Position numbers and translations under genes: made by a program. Source: Thermoproteota archaeon (GTDB lineage: Archaea > Thermoproteota > Thermoprotei_A > Sulfolobales > Ignisphaeraceae). Taken from it: DNA of 64,000 nt. Under the pieces are notes generated by a model. It was not told where the DNA came from. It did not search any database and saw only the letters and a program-made list of their open reading frames with translations. Location: positions 288,001 through 352,000 of the forward strand of contig JAUQPB010000002.1 in the NCBI GenBank assembly GCA_030550585.1, written 5' to 3'. Below, piece by piece: positions 31,873 through 41,461 of the stretch. Positions within the stretch are counted from its first letter, which is position 1. Each line of letters begins with the position of its first letter.

Positions 31873-32911
31873 GGTTACACTTGCGCATGGATCTGGCGGT
31901 GTAGAAACATTTGAGATTCTTGAGAGGCTTATATTCAGGCGTGTTGAGGATAAGCTGAAGAGGGTTGGAAACGGATTTGGAATCGATGTCTTGGACGATG
32001 GTGCTGTAATACCGCTTCCAAGTGGAGATCACATAGTGGTTTCAATAGATGCATACACAGTTAACCCACCTTTCTTCCCAGGCGGCAACATAGGGACGCT
32101 AGCAGCTGCTGGCTCTATAAACGATGTGCTGATGATGGGTGGAAGGCCCATAGCTATTCTAGACTCTATTATTGTTGAAGAAGGCTTTCCCATAGAAGAT
32201 CTCGAGAGAATTATGCAGTCGTTTCTAGATATTCTGAAAAGCGAGAACATTGCCTTGATTGGTGGAGACTTCAAGGTGATGCCAAAAGGTGGTGTAGATA
32301 AAATAGTTATAACAACTACTGCCATAGGCATTGCTAGGAAGCCTATTGTTGACAGTCCCAAGCCGGGGGACAAGATAATTGTTAGTGATTTTGTTGGCGA
32401 TCACGGAGCTGTTATAATGCTTCTTCAAATGGGTTTAGAGAAGAACGTTGAAGAATTCGGAAAAGGGCTTCTGAAAAGCGATGCAAAGCCTCTTACAAAA
32501 CTCATGCTACCACTCATAGAGAGATTCTCTAACTACATAAACGCTGCCAGAGATCCCACGAGAGGTGGCTTAGCTGGTACACTAAATGAGTGGGCTTCTA
32601 GAACCGGGGGTGTGATAGTCGTCGAAGAGCCTTCTATACCGATAAGAGATTCGGTTAAGAGATACTGTGAAATGCTTGGTGTAGACCCCCTGTACCTAGC
32701 ATCAGAAGGTGTGGCGGTGCTTTCAGTCGATCCCACTGTAGCTGAAGAGGTTGTCGAGTATATGAAGAGCCTCGGCTTTGAGAATGCTAGGATAATCGGA
32801 GAGGTTAAATCGAGTGAGAAATTCAAGGGCTATGTACTCATGAAAACAAGTGTTGGTGGCTACAGAATTTTGGAGCCTCCAAGAGGAGAGCTAGTGCCAA
32901 GAATATGCTGA
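31865..32911 (+). CDS. hypE: Hydrogenase maturation protein HypE
   Basis: LAHGSGG, FFPGGNIG, RDPTRGG and C-terminal PRIC. Confidence 0.96.
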   Translation: MDRVTLAHGSGGVETFEILERLIFRRVEDKLKRVGNGFGIDVLDDGAVIPLPSGDHIVVSIDAYTVNPPFFPGGNIGTLAAAGSINDVLMMGGRPIAILDSIIVEEGFPIEDLERIMQSFLDILKSENIALIGGDFKVMPKGGVDKIVITTTAIGIARKPIVDSPKPGDKIIVSDFVGDHGAVIMLLQMGLEKNVEEFGKGLLKSDAKPLTKLMLPLIERFSNYINAARDPTRGGLAGTLNEWASRTGGVIVVEEPSIPIRDSVKRYCEMLGVDPLYLASEGVAVLSVDPTVAEEVVEYMKSLGFENARIIGEVKSSEKFKGYVLMKTSVGGYRILEPPRGELVPRIC

Positions 32912-32926
32912 TGAAGGGGCCAAGCT

Positions 32927-33511
32927 TTGAGGAGACTTAGAATAGGCTCCACAGTAGTCTCTAGAGATGGGTTTGCAGGTGTTAGGATAGCTACAGGCAG
33001 AGAGACTCTATGTATAGATGTTATAAATGTGGATGGCTGTAGCTATCTGCTGTATACACATCTGCACCCCAGACACTTTCCAGGAGTAGAGAAGATAGAT
33101 ATTGGGAAAACGGTCTCACCATCAGTAGGGCCACACAGAATTGGGCCAGGCAACACAATTACTCTTGGTGGATTCACAGTCAAAGCTGTTGATGCATATA
33201 ACATTGGTGAAGGTAAAGAAGTTGTGCATCCAAAAGGACTTGGAGTTGGATATATCGTGAAAACTAATGACATAACAGTTTATCATATGGGTGACACAGA
33301 CCTCATTCCAGAGATTCTAGATATTGATGCTAAGATAGATATACTGTTTATTCCAATTGGATGCAAAAATGTTTTATGCCCCGAGGAGGCTTTAGAGGTA
33401 GTCAAGAGCCTTAGACCATTTATCGCCATACCAATTCACTATGAGGATAAAAGCCTTTTGTACACCTTTAGAGACATTGTCCAGCCATATACACAGGTAG
33501 TTATTATGTAG
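32927..33511 (+). CDS. Metallo-beta-lactamase-fold protein with a degenerate motif 2
   Basis: THLHPRH (canonical HxHxDH), YHMGDTD and IPIHY. Confidence 0.82.
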   Translation: MRRLRIGSTVVSRDGFAGVRIATGRETLCIDVINVDGCSYLLYTHLHPRHFPGVEKIDIGKTVSPSVGPHRIGPGNTITLGGFTVKAVDAYNIGEGKEVVHPKGLGVGYIVKTNDITVYHMGDTDLIPEILDIDAKIDILFIPIGCKNVLCPEEALEVVKSLRPFIAIPIHYEDKSLLYTFRDIVQPYTQVVIM

Positions 33512-33512
33512 T

Positions 33513-35375
33513 GTGATTAGGTTGCTTGAAAGGGTTTTAGAGAAGCTATACAGCGATGAATCTATAGTACCGCCTATAATGAGGTGGAAATATGTAGATG
33601 TCAGAGAGTATGAAGCTGTTTACAGAAGGAGTGTAGGTGATGTAGCTGGTTTCTGGGGTGAGGAGGCTAAGAAGCTTGTATGGGCAAAACCATGGAGAAG
33701 CGTAATAGAGGGTGTACCACCACATGTGAGGTGGTTTGTTGGTGGGGAGATAAGTGCTTATCACAATGTTGTAGAGAGGCATAGAGGCACTTGGGTATGG
33801 AATAAACCAGCTATCATATGGGAGAGTGAGCAGGGGGATGAAGAGGCAATATCCTATGAGAGTCTCCACAACCTCGTCGAGAAGCTGTCAAGTGCTTTGA
33901 AGAGCATAGGCATTGGTGCTGGGGATTGGGTGGTATTCTATGTGCCACCTACAATAGAGTCGATAGCTCTTATGCTAGCATCCATAAGGATTGGAGCCCC
34001 ATTCGAAGCTGTTTTCACTGGATTTGGATTCTACGAGCTTGGCAATAGAATCGCCTCTAGGAGACCAAGGCTGTTGGTTACAACCGACGGGTTCTATAGG
34101 AGGGGCAGAGTAATAGACACGGTTTTAACTGTTAGAAGAGCAATTGAATATGCTAAGCATAGATGTTCTACAGTGGTTATAGAGAGAATTGGGTCTGTCA
34201 AGCTTATGGAAAGCGAGATGAGTTTCGATAGCCTGAAGAGCCTTGGCGGAGAAAGAGTAGATAGCTTCACAGGGCCTTCTGACCACCCCCTCTTCGGACT
34301 TCACATAGCATATGAGGATGGCTACAAGCCTATCACACATGGTGTTGGCGGATACCTAGTGCAAACATACTCGACTAGTAGATGGATTGGTTTGAGACCG
34401 CACGACACATACTTTTGCACTGTGTGGCCTGGGTGGATAACGGGGATAACATATGTTGTCTTCGGCCCTCTGATGATAGGCTCGACAATTGTCCTATATG
34501 AAGGGAGCTTCGACTATCCATCAATTGATAGGTGGTGGGATATTATAGAGAGGTATGCCGTGACATTGTTTCTGACAACAGGATCTGCACTACGAATGCT
34601 TAGCAGGGCTGGGAACCAGCATGTCAAGGCACATAACATGGACACGCTAAAAGCTATTCTCGTAACTGCAGAGCCTCTCGAGAAAGATGTTTGGTGGTGG
34701 ACATACAGAGTTGTTGGAACTGGGGGCACAGCCATGATAACATCTGTGCCTGAGAGCCTCTCCGGCAGAATACCAGTTCTAAACATGTATATACAGAGCG
34801 AGTTAGCAACATTTGTACTGGGGAACCTGATAAACTATACATTTACCCCAGTTGTGCCAGGATCTGTTGGAAGACCTATACCAGGCTTTGACATAGATGT
34901 TGTTGACGAGCATGGAAACAGCGTTAGAGACTCTATAGGAGAGCTTGTGCTGAGAAAACCGTGGCCCTCAATGCCAGTTGAAGCGCCGAAGGAATTCTTT
35001 GATAGTTGGAGAGAGGGCTTCTATAGAACAGGAGACTATGCATATATGAAGAAAGACTTCACGGTATTTGTTCTCGGAAGAAGAGACGGTGTGATGAAAG
35101 TGAGTGGCTATAGGCTTAGTCCAGGTGCTGTGGAAAATATTTTGAGAGAGAAGCTAGGGAAAAACGTTATAGTTGTCGGGATGCCAGATGAGGCAAGATT
35201 CGAGGCGCCGATGATAATATCGAAGGAGGGGCTGGACCTGAAAACAGTGAGAAACTTGGTTAGAGAGTATGTAGGCGCTATATCAGAGCCCATTGGAATA
35301 AAGGTGATGAACTTCGATGAAAAAGCCCCGAAAAGTGCTTTGAGGTTAGATATAAAGAAAGCGTTTTGGTCGTAG
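33513..35375 (+). CDS. Acetyl-CoA-synthetase-like AMP-binding protein with a degenerate P-loop
   Basis: FWGEEA, WFVGG, GWITG, YRTGD and GRRD..KVSGYRL are present; YTSGTTGKPKG is replaced by HIAYEDGYKP. Confidence 0.85.
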   Translation: MIRLLERVLEKLYSDESIVPPIMRWKYVDVREYEAVYRRSVGDVAGFWGEEAKKLVWAKPWRSVIEGVPPHVRWFVGGEISAYHNVVERHRGTWVWNKPAIIWESEQGDEEAISYESLHNLVEKLSSALKSIGIGAGDWVVFYVPPTIESIALMLASIRIGAPFEAVFTGFGFYELGNRIASRRPRLLVTTDGFYRRGRVIDTVLTVRRAIEYAKHRCSTVVIERIGSVKLMESEMSFDSLKSLGGERVDSFTGPSDHPLFGLHIAYEDGYKPITHGVGGYLVQTYSTSRWIGLRPHDTYFCTVWPGWITGITYVVFGPLMIGSTIVLYEGSFDYPSIDRWWDIIERYAVTLFLTTGSALRMLSRAGNQHVKAHNMDTLKAILVTAEPLEKDVWWWTYRVVGTGGTAMITSVPESLSGRIPVLNMYIQSELATFVLGNLINYTFTPVVPGSVGRPIPGFDIDVVDEHGNSVRDSIGELVLRKPWPSMPVEAPKEFFDSWREGFYRTGDYAYMKKDFTVFVLGRRDGVMKVSGYRLSPGAVENILREKLGKNVIVVGMPDEARFEAPMIISKEGLDLKTVRNLVREYVGAISEPIGIKVMNFDEKAPKSALRLDIKKAFWS

Positions 35376-35572
35376 AACAATCAATTACATGTTCAAAGCC
35401 TTAGAAGACTGTAAAGAAATGTCTAAATATAATAGATTTCAGGTGGAGCATCGATGAGAGGTTTCAATCCGATTAGTTTTATTGAAAAGTGTATGTGGGT
35501 AAGCTCCATCATAAAAATAACTAAGTCTTTTATTGCTCGGCAATTGTAGTAGTCCTTAGCGTTTTCTGCAAA

Positions 35573-36988
35573 GTGATGGTGTTGATCTGTAATATGCTCA
35601 TCAAAAAGGTTTCTTGGCATGGATTTAGAACCGTGTTTGTTATTCTCATTGTTTTTGCCTTGTATGTTCTCTCTGTTAATGCGGTCTTCTATACTCCCTA
35701 TACCATAGGTGCTATGGCTCTTTCCAGAAGCATGATTAGTGGATCGCCTTATATTGAGCCTTGGATTTGCCTCTCTGGTAGATGGGCTGATGTAGTCTAT
35801 GCTAATGGTAGATGTGTTTTTGCTGGCCCGCTAGGCCTTGGAATCGTTCTTGCCATACCGATGAAGCTAGCAGATGTTTTCAATGCAAAGGATCTGATAG
35901 TTGCAGGCTTTACAATGGCTTTTCTCGGCTCTCTATCAGTTTACATCTCTGCAAAGCTCTATGAAACGATTTTCGGAGATTGTAGAAGAGCTATTGTGGT
36001 GGCTATAGTCAATGGCTTGGCGGGGCCTCTATACATATACTCAACACATGTTTTTCCACAGGCTCCTCTAACACTTTTCTACACGCTTTACACACTGTCG
36101 CTAGTCAAGCTCTGTAATGGGGGTGAAAAGCTTTGGGCTGCTTTGGCAGGATTCTCAGCATCTATGTCAATTGTTTTAGACCCTTCAACATCTATACCAA
36201 TATTCTTTACATCTGCAACGGTTTTGGCAAAAATGATTAGAGACTATCTGAAGGATCATAAAAGCATTTGGAGAATCCTTACACATGTTCTCATATACAT
36301 AATATCTGCTTCTCCAATTACAGCAATGCAGTTGATCTATAACGCCTATACAACAGGTGACATGTTCACATTTCCGGAGCAGATATATTTAAAGAGGATA
36401 GGTGTTGAGGGGTTCGACCTAGCTAATATCCCATATGGGCTGTTCATACTGTTTATAGATCCTAGGAAGAGTCTCCTAGTTCTATACCCACTCTACATAC
36501 TCGCAGTTATCTACATGCCAAAAGCTCTTAAGAGGCTTGGTTTATATGAGAAGATAGTCTATGTAGCTTCTATCGCCATTCCAATTCTAGTGTATTCTAG
36601 TTGGTATGATGTGGATGGGGGGCTTTGCTATGGACCAAGGTTCCTAACAACAATAACTCCTCTTCTAATAGCCCCACTCGCACTTGGATTAGAAAACAAG
36701 GCTGTTTTGATAGTGCTTGCCATTCTGGGGCTATATTCATATGCTGAAAACCTTGTGGTTGTTATCTCAACGCCTTATCCAAGTGCCATCGAATATCTAA
36801 AGCCATTTGAAATCCAGTTGATAACATCTATAAACAGCTTTGTGGAGGGAACTAGATCAGCATATATATACACGGTAATTTCGGAATTCTTTAAAGAACC
36901 TGTTGTCACAGCAATATCGCTAGCAGCATTGAATATTTTGGCTGGAGCTGTAACCGCCTTGGCTATACATAAGGCAAAACAGTGTTAA
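35573..36988 (+). CDS. Polytopic membrane protein, probable GT-C-fold glycosyltransferase-like
   Basis: About 11-12 TM segments; W..DGG.CYGPRFL motif. Confidence 0.6.
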   Translation: MMVLICNMLIKKVSWHGFRTVFVILIVFALYVLSVNAVFYTPYTIGAMALSRSMISGSPYIEPWICLSGRWADVVYANGRCVFAGPLGLGIVLAIPMKLADVFNAKDLIVAGFTMAFLGSLSVYISAKLYETIFGDCRRAIVVAIVNGLAGPLYIYSTHVFPQAPLTLFYTLYTLSLVKLCNGGEKLWAALAGFSASMSIVLDPSTSIPIFFTSATVLAKMIRDYLKDHKSIWRILTHVLIYIISASPITAMQLIYNAYTTGDMFTFPEQIYLKRIGVEGFDLANIPYGLFILFIDPRKSLLVLYPLYILAVIYMPKALKRLGLYEKIVYVASIAIPILVYSSWYDVDGGLCYGPRFLTTITPLLIAPLALGLENKAVLIVLAILGLYSYAENLVVVISTPYPSAIEYLKPFEIQLITSINSFVEGTRSAYIYTVISEFFKEPVVTAISLAALNILAGAVTALAIHKAKQC

Positions 36989-37103
36989 GCGATAAATAAT
37001 GTAGCTTTAGAGGCGGTAAGGCAATCAAAGCTTTAAACGGTTCAAAGCTGTATTTTGCTCTAAAGATGTATTTAGGTATAGGGGTAGCAATAGAAGCTGA
37101 GGT

Positions 37104-37940
37104 TTGCGTTTCATGGCAGCTTGTGTAGAGGTGTCTAGCCTATCTGTTGAGACTCTAAATGGGTTTAAGATTTTGGAAAACATTTCTCTATCTATAGATT
37201 GTGGGGACTTCGTTGTTGTCTCTGGTCCTAGTGGTGGAGGTAAATCAACATTGTTGAAGGTTTTGCTTGGTATTAGAGATGCTTTAGAAAATCTGCGTGT
37301 GGCAGGCGATGTCAGGGTTTTGGGTGTGGATGTTCTGAAGTATGGTTTTACTAAGCTTTTTGGAAGGGTTGGTGTTGTTCTTCAAAATCCTGTTAACCAA
37401 GTCTTTTCGCTGACAGTTGAAGAGGAGGTGGCGTTTCCTTTAGAGAACGCTGGTTTGGATGTTAGCGAAATTCGTAGAAGAGTTGACGAGGCTCTGAAGG
37501 TTATGGAGCTGGATAGTCTGAGGAATAGATTTGTTAACACGCTTTCGATGGGGCAGATCCAGAGGGTTGTACTAGCATCTGCAATAGCGTTGAGACCAGA
37601 GCTACTTATCCTCGATGAGCCATGTTCGTATCTTGACCCTGTGGCGAAGAAGAGGTTCTATGAGTATGTCTACAGCTATTGGAGAGATAGGAAGGCGACT
37701 ATAGTTGTTGTCGAGCACGATCTCGACTATGTGCTGGGCTTTGCAACAAAGCTTCTAATACTCAATAGAAAAGTAGTTGCCTATGGATCTCCTCTAAAGG
37801 TTTTGAGTGAGATGAATATAGGGGATTATGGAGTTAAAGAGCCTATCTACATCAAAATATCTAAACAGTTCAACAAAGTTGCCAGAAATGTTGAGGAGTC
37901 TATCGAATACCTAAAGAGCGTTATATGCAGAAACGAATAG
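37104..37940 (+). CDS. ECF transporter ATPase (EcfA/CbiO-like)
   Basis: GPSGGGKS, QNPVNQ, TVEEEVAF.LEN, LSMGQ.QR and VEHD motifs. Confidence 0.9.
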   Translation: MRFMAACVEVSSLSVETLNGFKILENISLSIDCGDFVVVSGPSGGGKSTLLKVLLGIRDALENLRVAGDVRVLGVDVLKYGFTKLFGRVGVVLQNPVNQVFSLTVEEEVAFPLENAGLDVSEIRRRVDEALKVMELDSLRNRFVNTLSMGQIQRVVLASAIALRPELLILDEPCSYLDPVAKKRFYEYVYSYWRDRKATIVVVEHDLDYVLGFATKLLILNRKVVAYGSPLKVLSEMNIGDYGVKEPIYIKISKQFNKVARNVEESIEYLKSVICRNE

Positions 37941-38694
37941 CTATAGCCAATCCAGCAAGACACAAAAGCACAGCAATTGCATCTCTAAATCCAAAGACCT
38001 CCGAATACAAATAGCTTCTCTTGCTATTTAAACCAAAACCTTTTACCTCAAGCGCTATAGTAACCTCATCAACTCTATTCAATGCCGATATTATCAGCGG
38101 GACAAAAACTGCGAAAGAGCTTCTAAGTCTACTAAGAAAGTTTCTTCTGATGAAAAGCCCTCTCGTCTTCTGAATATGCAGTATCTCAATCAGGTCGCTG
38201 GCTATCACCGATAGAAATCGAAGGGCTATAACAAATCCATGGCCATACTTGTATGGAATTCCAATACTGTTTAGAATACGTGCAATGGACTGGGGTTTCG
38301 TTGTTATGAAGAATATGTAGAAAGCTAGGGACATTATCAGTAGTCTGACTATGGCCGTAGCTACAGAGGCAGACAATCCTATTAGCGATGTCGTTGACGG
38401 GGATCTAAATATCGAGTAGATGTATGAGAATAGAATCATCGGCGATATGAAAATCATTAGGGAGGTGATTAGAGAGGCAACCCTCTTTACGCTAATCGAT
38501 AATAATGCCATTGAAAGAAAGGTTGCTAGTGTAAGTAGCAACACAACTAGTTTGTTGCATAGAAAGGCTATGGCTATACCTGCAAACATCAGAACTGCTT
38601 TTGTCAAGGGGTGGAGCTTGCCCAGAAAGCTCTTTTCCGAATAGAACAGAAAAATTTGGGACAAATTCCTCAGGTAGATGCTTGTTAACGACAT
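37921..38694 (-). CDS. ECF transporter T component (EcfT/CbiQ)
   Basis: LHPLTK, ALRF, QKTRG and ALEVKGF motifs. Confidence 0.9.
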   Translation of the reverse strand: MSLTSIYLRNLSQIFLFYSEKSFLGKLHPLTKAVLMFAGIAIAFLCNKLVVLLLTLATFLSMALLSISVKRVASLITSLMIFISPMILFSYIYSIFRSPSTTSLIGLSASVATAIVRLLIMSLAFYIFFITTKPQSIARILNSIGIPYKYGHGFVIALRFLSVIASDLIEILHIQKTRGLFIRRNFLSRLRSSFAVFVPLIISALNRVDEVTIALEVKGFGLNSKRSYLYSEVFGFRDAIAVLLCLAGLAIAIRFCI

Positions 38695-39554
38695 AGAGTT
38701 TTCCTCAACCTGTCCAATTCGAGTAGCAGGTCATCCAAATCTGTGGCCCTGTCCCAGCGAATCCCTAGTCGTTGAGCAAGCTCCACCTCTGTTGGCATCA
38801 CCAAATTGTTTTTAGTGAAAATACTTGGATTGTCTAAGACATCTTCTATAGAACCTCTAAAAACGATCCTGCCCTCGTTAAGGATTAGCAGTTTAGCCTT
38901 TGGCAACATGGTGATTATATCGGTGTCGTGGGTCGCAATAACAATTGCTGTTTCCAGCAAATTATTTATCTTATTGATTATATCTATAAATCTCTTCTTA
39001 AGGCCATAGTCGAGACCTGCTGTTGGTTCGTCCAATAAAAGGAGGGGAGGTTTGTGGATAAGAGCTGAGGCTAAGACAACCCTTCTTGCTTCTCCCTCAC
39101 TCAAGCTAAATGGTGATCTATCTAGCAAGTCGATGATGTCCAGCTTTGTTGCTATATCCAAAACATTTTTAGTTATCGTGCTATTGTCTATACCTAGGTT
39201 CCTAGCAACAAAGCTTATCTCGTCAAAAACTTTCGAGTTGAACATGTAGAGCCATGGGTTTTGATGCACATACCCAACAAGCCTCGCCAGATCTGCATCA
39301 GATAAACTGGTGATATCCCTGCCACATAGAGATGCATAGCCTCTAACAGGTTTTAGTATCCCCGCCAACACCTTCAAAAAAGTTGATTTGCCCGAGCCGT
39401 TAGGGCCTAGAACCAAGACAAGCTCTCTCTTTCGAATCTGCAGAGATATACCCTTCAAAACATATTCTTCTCCATATCTAAACCATAGATCGTCAACGCG
39501 AGCCACAGGATCGCAACTATCTTCAGAGCTCCTCGACTTGAACAGGGCTAACAC
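38685..39554 (-). CDS. ECF transporter ATPase (EcfA')
   Basis: GPNGSGKS, QNP, PFSLSEGE and LDEPTAGLD motifs; GTG at 39554 follows a GGTGG RBS. Confidence 0.88.
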   Translation of the reverse strand: MLALFKSRSSEDSCDPVARVDDLWFRYGEEYVLKGISLQIRKRELVLVLGPNGSGKSTFLKVLAGILKPVRGYASLCGRDITSLSDADLARLVGYVHQNPWLYMFNSKVFDEISFVARNLGIDNSTITKNVLDIATKLDIIDLLDRSPFSLSEGEARRVVLASALIHKPPLLLLDEPTAGLDYGLKKRFIDIINKINNLLETAIVIATHDTDIITMLPKAKLLILNEGRIVFRGSIEDVLDNPSIFTKNNLVMPTEVELAQRLGIRWDRATDLDDLLLELDRLRKTLCR

Positions 39555-40458
39555 CCGGTCTCCACCTATATACCCACACTGGATCGGTTTTCTCGATAAT
39601 TTCGAGGGCCTTGTCTGCAGCTCGATAATCAACTATTGTAAATAGGGCCTCCCCCACCATGTTCATAGAGGCGCCTATAACGCCATCAACATCTTGCAGA
39701 AGTTCTATAACCTGTCTGATTTTTGGTGTTAGAAACCCTGCTTCTACTGCGAATTGGTAGCAGTTTCTAATGAAGTTCTCTGGGGTTGGACTAGCCTCTA
39801 TCCTTCTCAGAGTCTCTAAGCCAATTGCCCTAACCTTTTCTAGGTGATCAGAACTGGAAAGGATAGAGTTCTTGGGTATGGGTCTATAGAAAGCTGTTAA
39901 AGCGATTAGATTTGGTTCCATAGGTATGCACCTAACCTCTGCTATTCTAGGGCCACCAGGCTTAGAGACTAGAACAATTCCGTTGCAAGGCTTTAGAACC
40001 CCCACCACCGTTCCCAAACCAGACTTGCATATTATATCCGCCTCATGCGCTATCTCCGCAACATCGTCGAAGTCTATTGGCATATCCAATGCTTTGGCAA
40101 GTGCAAAGGCTATGGCAACAGCTGATCCACCGCTAGAACCGTATCCACCTCCTATTGGCACAGATATTCTCTGGTCTATGTAAACCCTACCACCCCTTCT
40201 CCCGGCCATTGCAAAAATCCTTTCAGCTATGTATCTAGCTAGGCAACCATCTATGTAAGAGCCGTTGACCCTATTTACAACCACAAGCCCATCACTATGG
40301 CTTAGATCCACAGACACCTCGGCAACTATTGCATTTGCTATTCCCAGCCCACCTCCGACAGCCCCTGTTTCTCTAAGATCAGAGGCTATATGTGGTGCAA
40401 AGAACCCTGATATACCTGCTGAAGCAGTTGACCTTACCCTCCTCATTAACACCCTCAC
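39523..40458 (-). CDS. Pantoate kinase (archaeal GHMP kinase PoK)
   Basis: ISGFF, TGAVGGG, P.GGGYGSSG, AHEADI...SGLGTV, PGGP and ASMNMVGE motifs. Confidence 0.85.
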   Translation of the reverse strand: MRVLMRRVRSTASAGISGFFAPHIASDLRETGAVGGGLGIANAIVAEVSVDLSHSDGLVVVNRVNGSYIDGCLARYIAERIFAMAGRRGGRVYIDQRISVPIGGGYGSSGGSAVAIAFALAKALDMPIDFDDVAEIAHEADIICKSGLGTVVGVLKPCNGIVLVSKPGGPRIAEVRCIPMEPNLIALTAFYRPIPKNSILSSSDHLEKVRAIGLETLRRIEASPTPENFIRNCYQFAVEAGFLTPKIRQVIELLQDVDGVIGASMNMVGEALFTIVDYRAADKALEIIEKTDPVWVYRWRPGVSPVQVEEL

Positions 40459-41204
40459 CTATACCTCTTCAGCCACATCTCAACAGCTCTTGCAATTGGT
40501 GGGGTAAGGTATATCATGAAGGGTATCTCTGTGTAGTAGGTCCATAGAAACCATATTAGGGCGGCTGCAAACGGAGCCTTGGTCTGGAACTCTGGAGGAA
40601 CGCCCACAATATTAAGACTAGCTGCATAGGTGTAAGCCCATAGGCCAAAGCCTATGTAGAGAGAGCCTATCATCAATCCAAGGCTATAAGCTAGCGCCTC
40701 ATTCGGGTATATATAGCCTCTCCTTCTAAACATGAGCATTACCATGGATATGGCTACACCAGCTCCTGAGACAATGGCAACCGATATGAATACCAGGGCT
40801 GTTGTGAAATCGATGAATTTAATGGTGTATAGGTAGTAGAGAGCTGCTACAGGTATGAATTGGAGGATTATAGCTAGAATGCCCAAAGCTTTAGAATCCC
40901 TCCTAGCCTTCTTCGCAACAAGACCTAGAATGTAAAAGCCTAGAAAATTTGCTGGAACACCCACAGATAAGCTAACTAGCGCATTTCCATGGACAACCAT
41001 ATCGCTTATAAAAATCCCTATAGCAGCCCCCAAACCGCCTACAACAGGGCCAAAAACTTCTGAAAAAACAGCAGGCACAAAAACAGAAGGCCAAAACCTA
41101 ACACCGCCAACAACTATAGCAAAAATGCCAAAAGTTGTTGCTATGCCAACTAAAGCATATAGAGCGGCATTAACTATTGCTATCACAAAGTCTCTGACCT
41201 TCAT
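40455..41204 (-). CDS. ECF transporter S (substrate) component
   Basis: AALYA, VRFWP, FGPVVGGLGAAIG.FISD and VGVPANF motifs; 6-7 TM segments. Confidence 0.85.
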   Translation of the reverse strand: MKVRDFVIAIVNAALYALVGIATTFGIFAIVVGGVRFWPSVFVPAVFSEVFGPVVGGLGAAIGIFISDMVVHGNALVSLSVGVPANFLGFYILGLVAKKARRDSKALGILAIILQFIPVAALYYLYTIKFIDFTTALVFISVAIVSGAGVAISMVMLMFRRRGYIYPNEALAYSLGLMIGSLYIGFGLWAYTYAASLNIVGVPPEFQTKAPFAAALIWFLWTYYTEIPFMIYLTPPIARAVEMWLKRYR

Positions 41205-41248
41205 ATAAGCAACACTCACCTCTATGTGATACACCTTAAGAAGAATGC

Positions 41249-41266
41249 AGTTTAAATATTTAAACT
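41249..41266. promoter_or_regulatory. Perfect 18-bp palindrome in the ECF/PoK promoter (candidate operator)
   Basis: AGTTTAAATATTTAAACT, flanked by TTAAGAA/TTCTTAA; GTTTAAATA also recurs at 41281 and 41290. Confidence 0.45.
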
Positions 41267-41408
41267 CTTTTCTTAAATAAGTTTAAATAGTTTAAATAAA
41301 CAAAAAGCGCTCTGTCTAAATAATCCAACTTGTGTGTCGCAGTTCCTCAACTAATGTTGTCGTTGTTTAATGAAAGTTTATTTCTTGTCTCTACATCTAT
41401 CTCTTTTT

Positions 41409-41460
41409 GTGATGAGCCGTGGCACATCTGATTTGTGATGTGTTTGTCGCAGCCGTCTGA
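41409..41460 (+). ncRNA. C/D-box methylation guide sRNA
   Basis: C GTGATGA, 12 nt, D' CTGA, TTT, C' GTGATGT, 15 nt, D CTGA; intergenic. Confidence 0.88.
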
Positions 41461-41461
41461 C

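Noticed and set aside
32908-32930. CTGATGA-12nt-TTGA at the hypE stop as a C/D RNA
   Set aside because: No C' or D box follows, and the sequence runs into the next CDS
35461-35489. GTTTCAAT...ATTGAAAAG as a CRISPR repeat
   Set aside because: Single copy with no spacer-repeat periodicity; kept only as part of a hairpin candidate
39555-39632. Long overlap between PoK and the ECF ATPase suggesting a frameshift
   Set aside because: An RBS-supported GTG at 39554 reduces it to an ordinary short overlap
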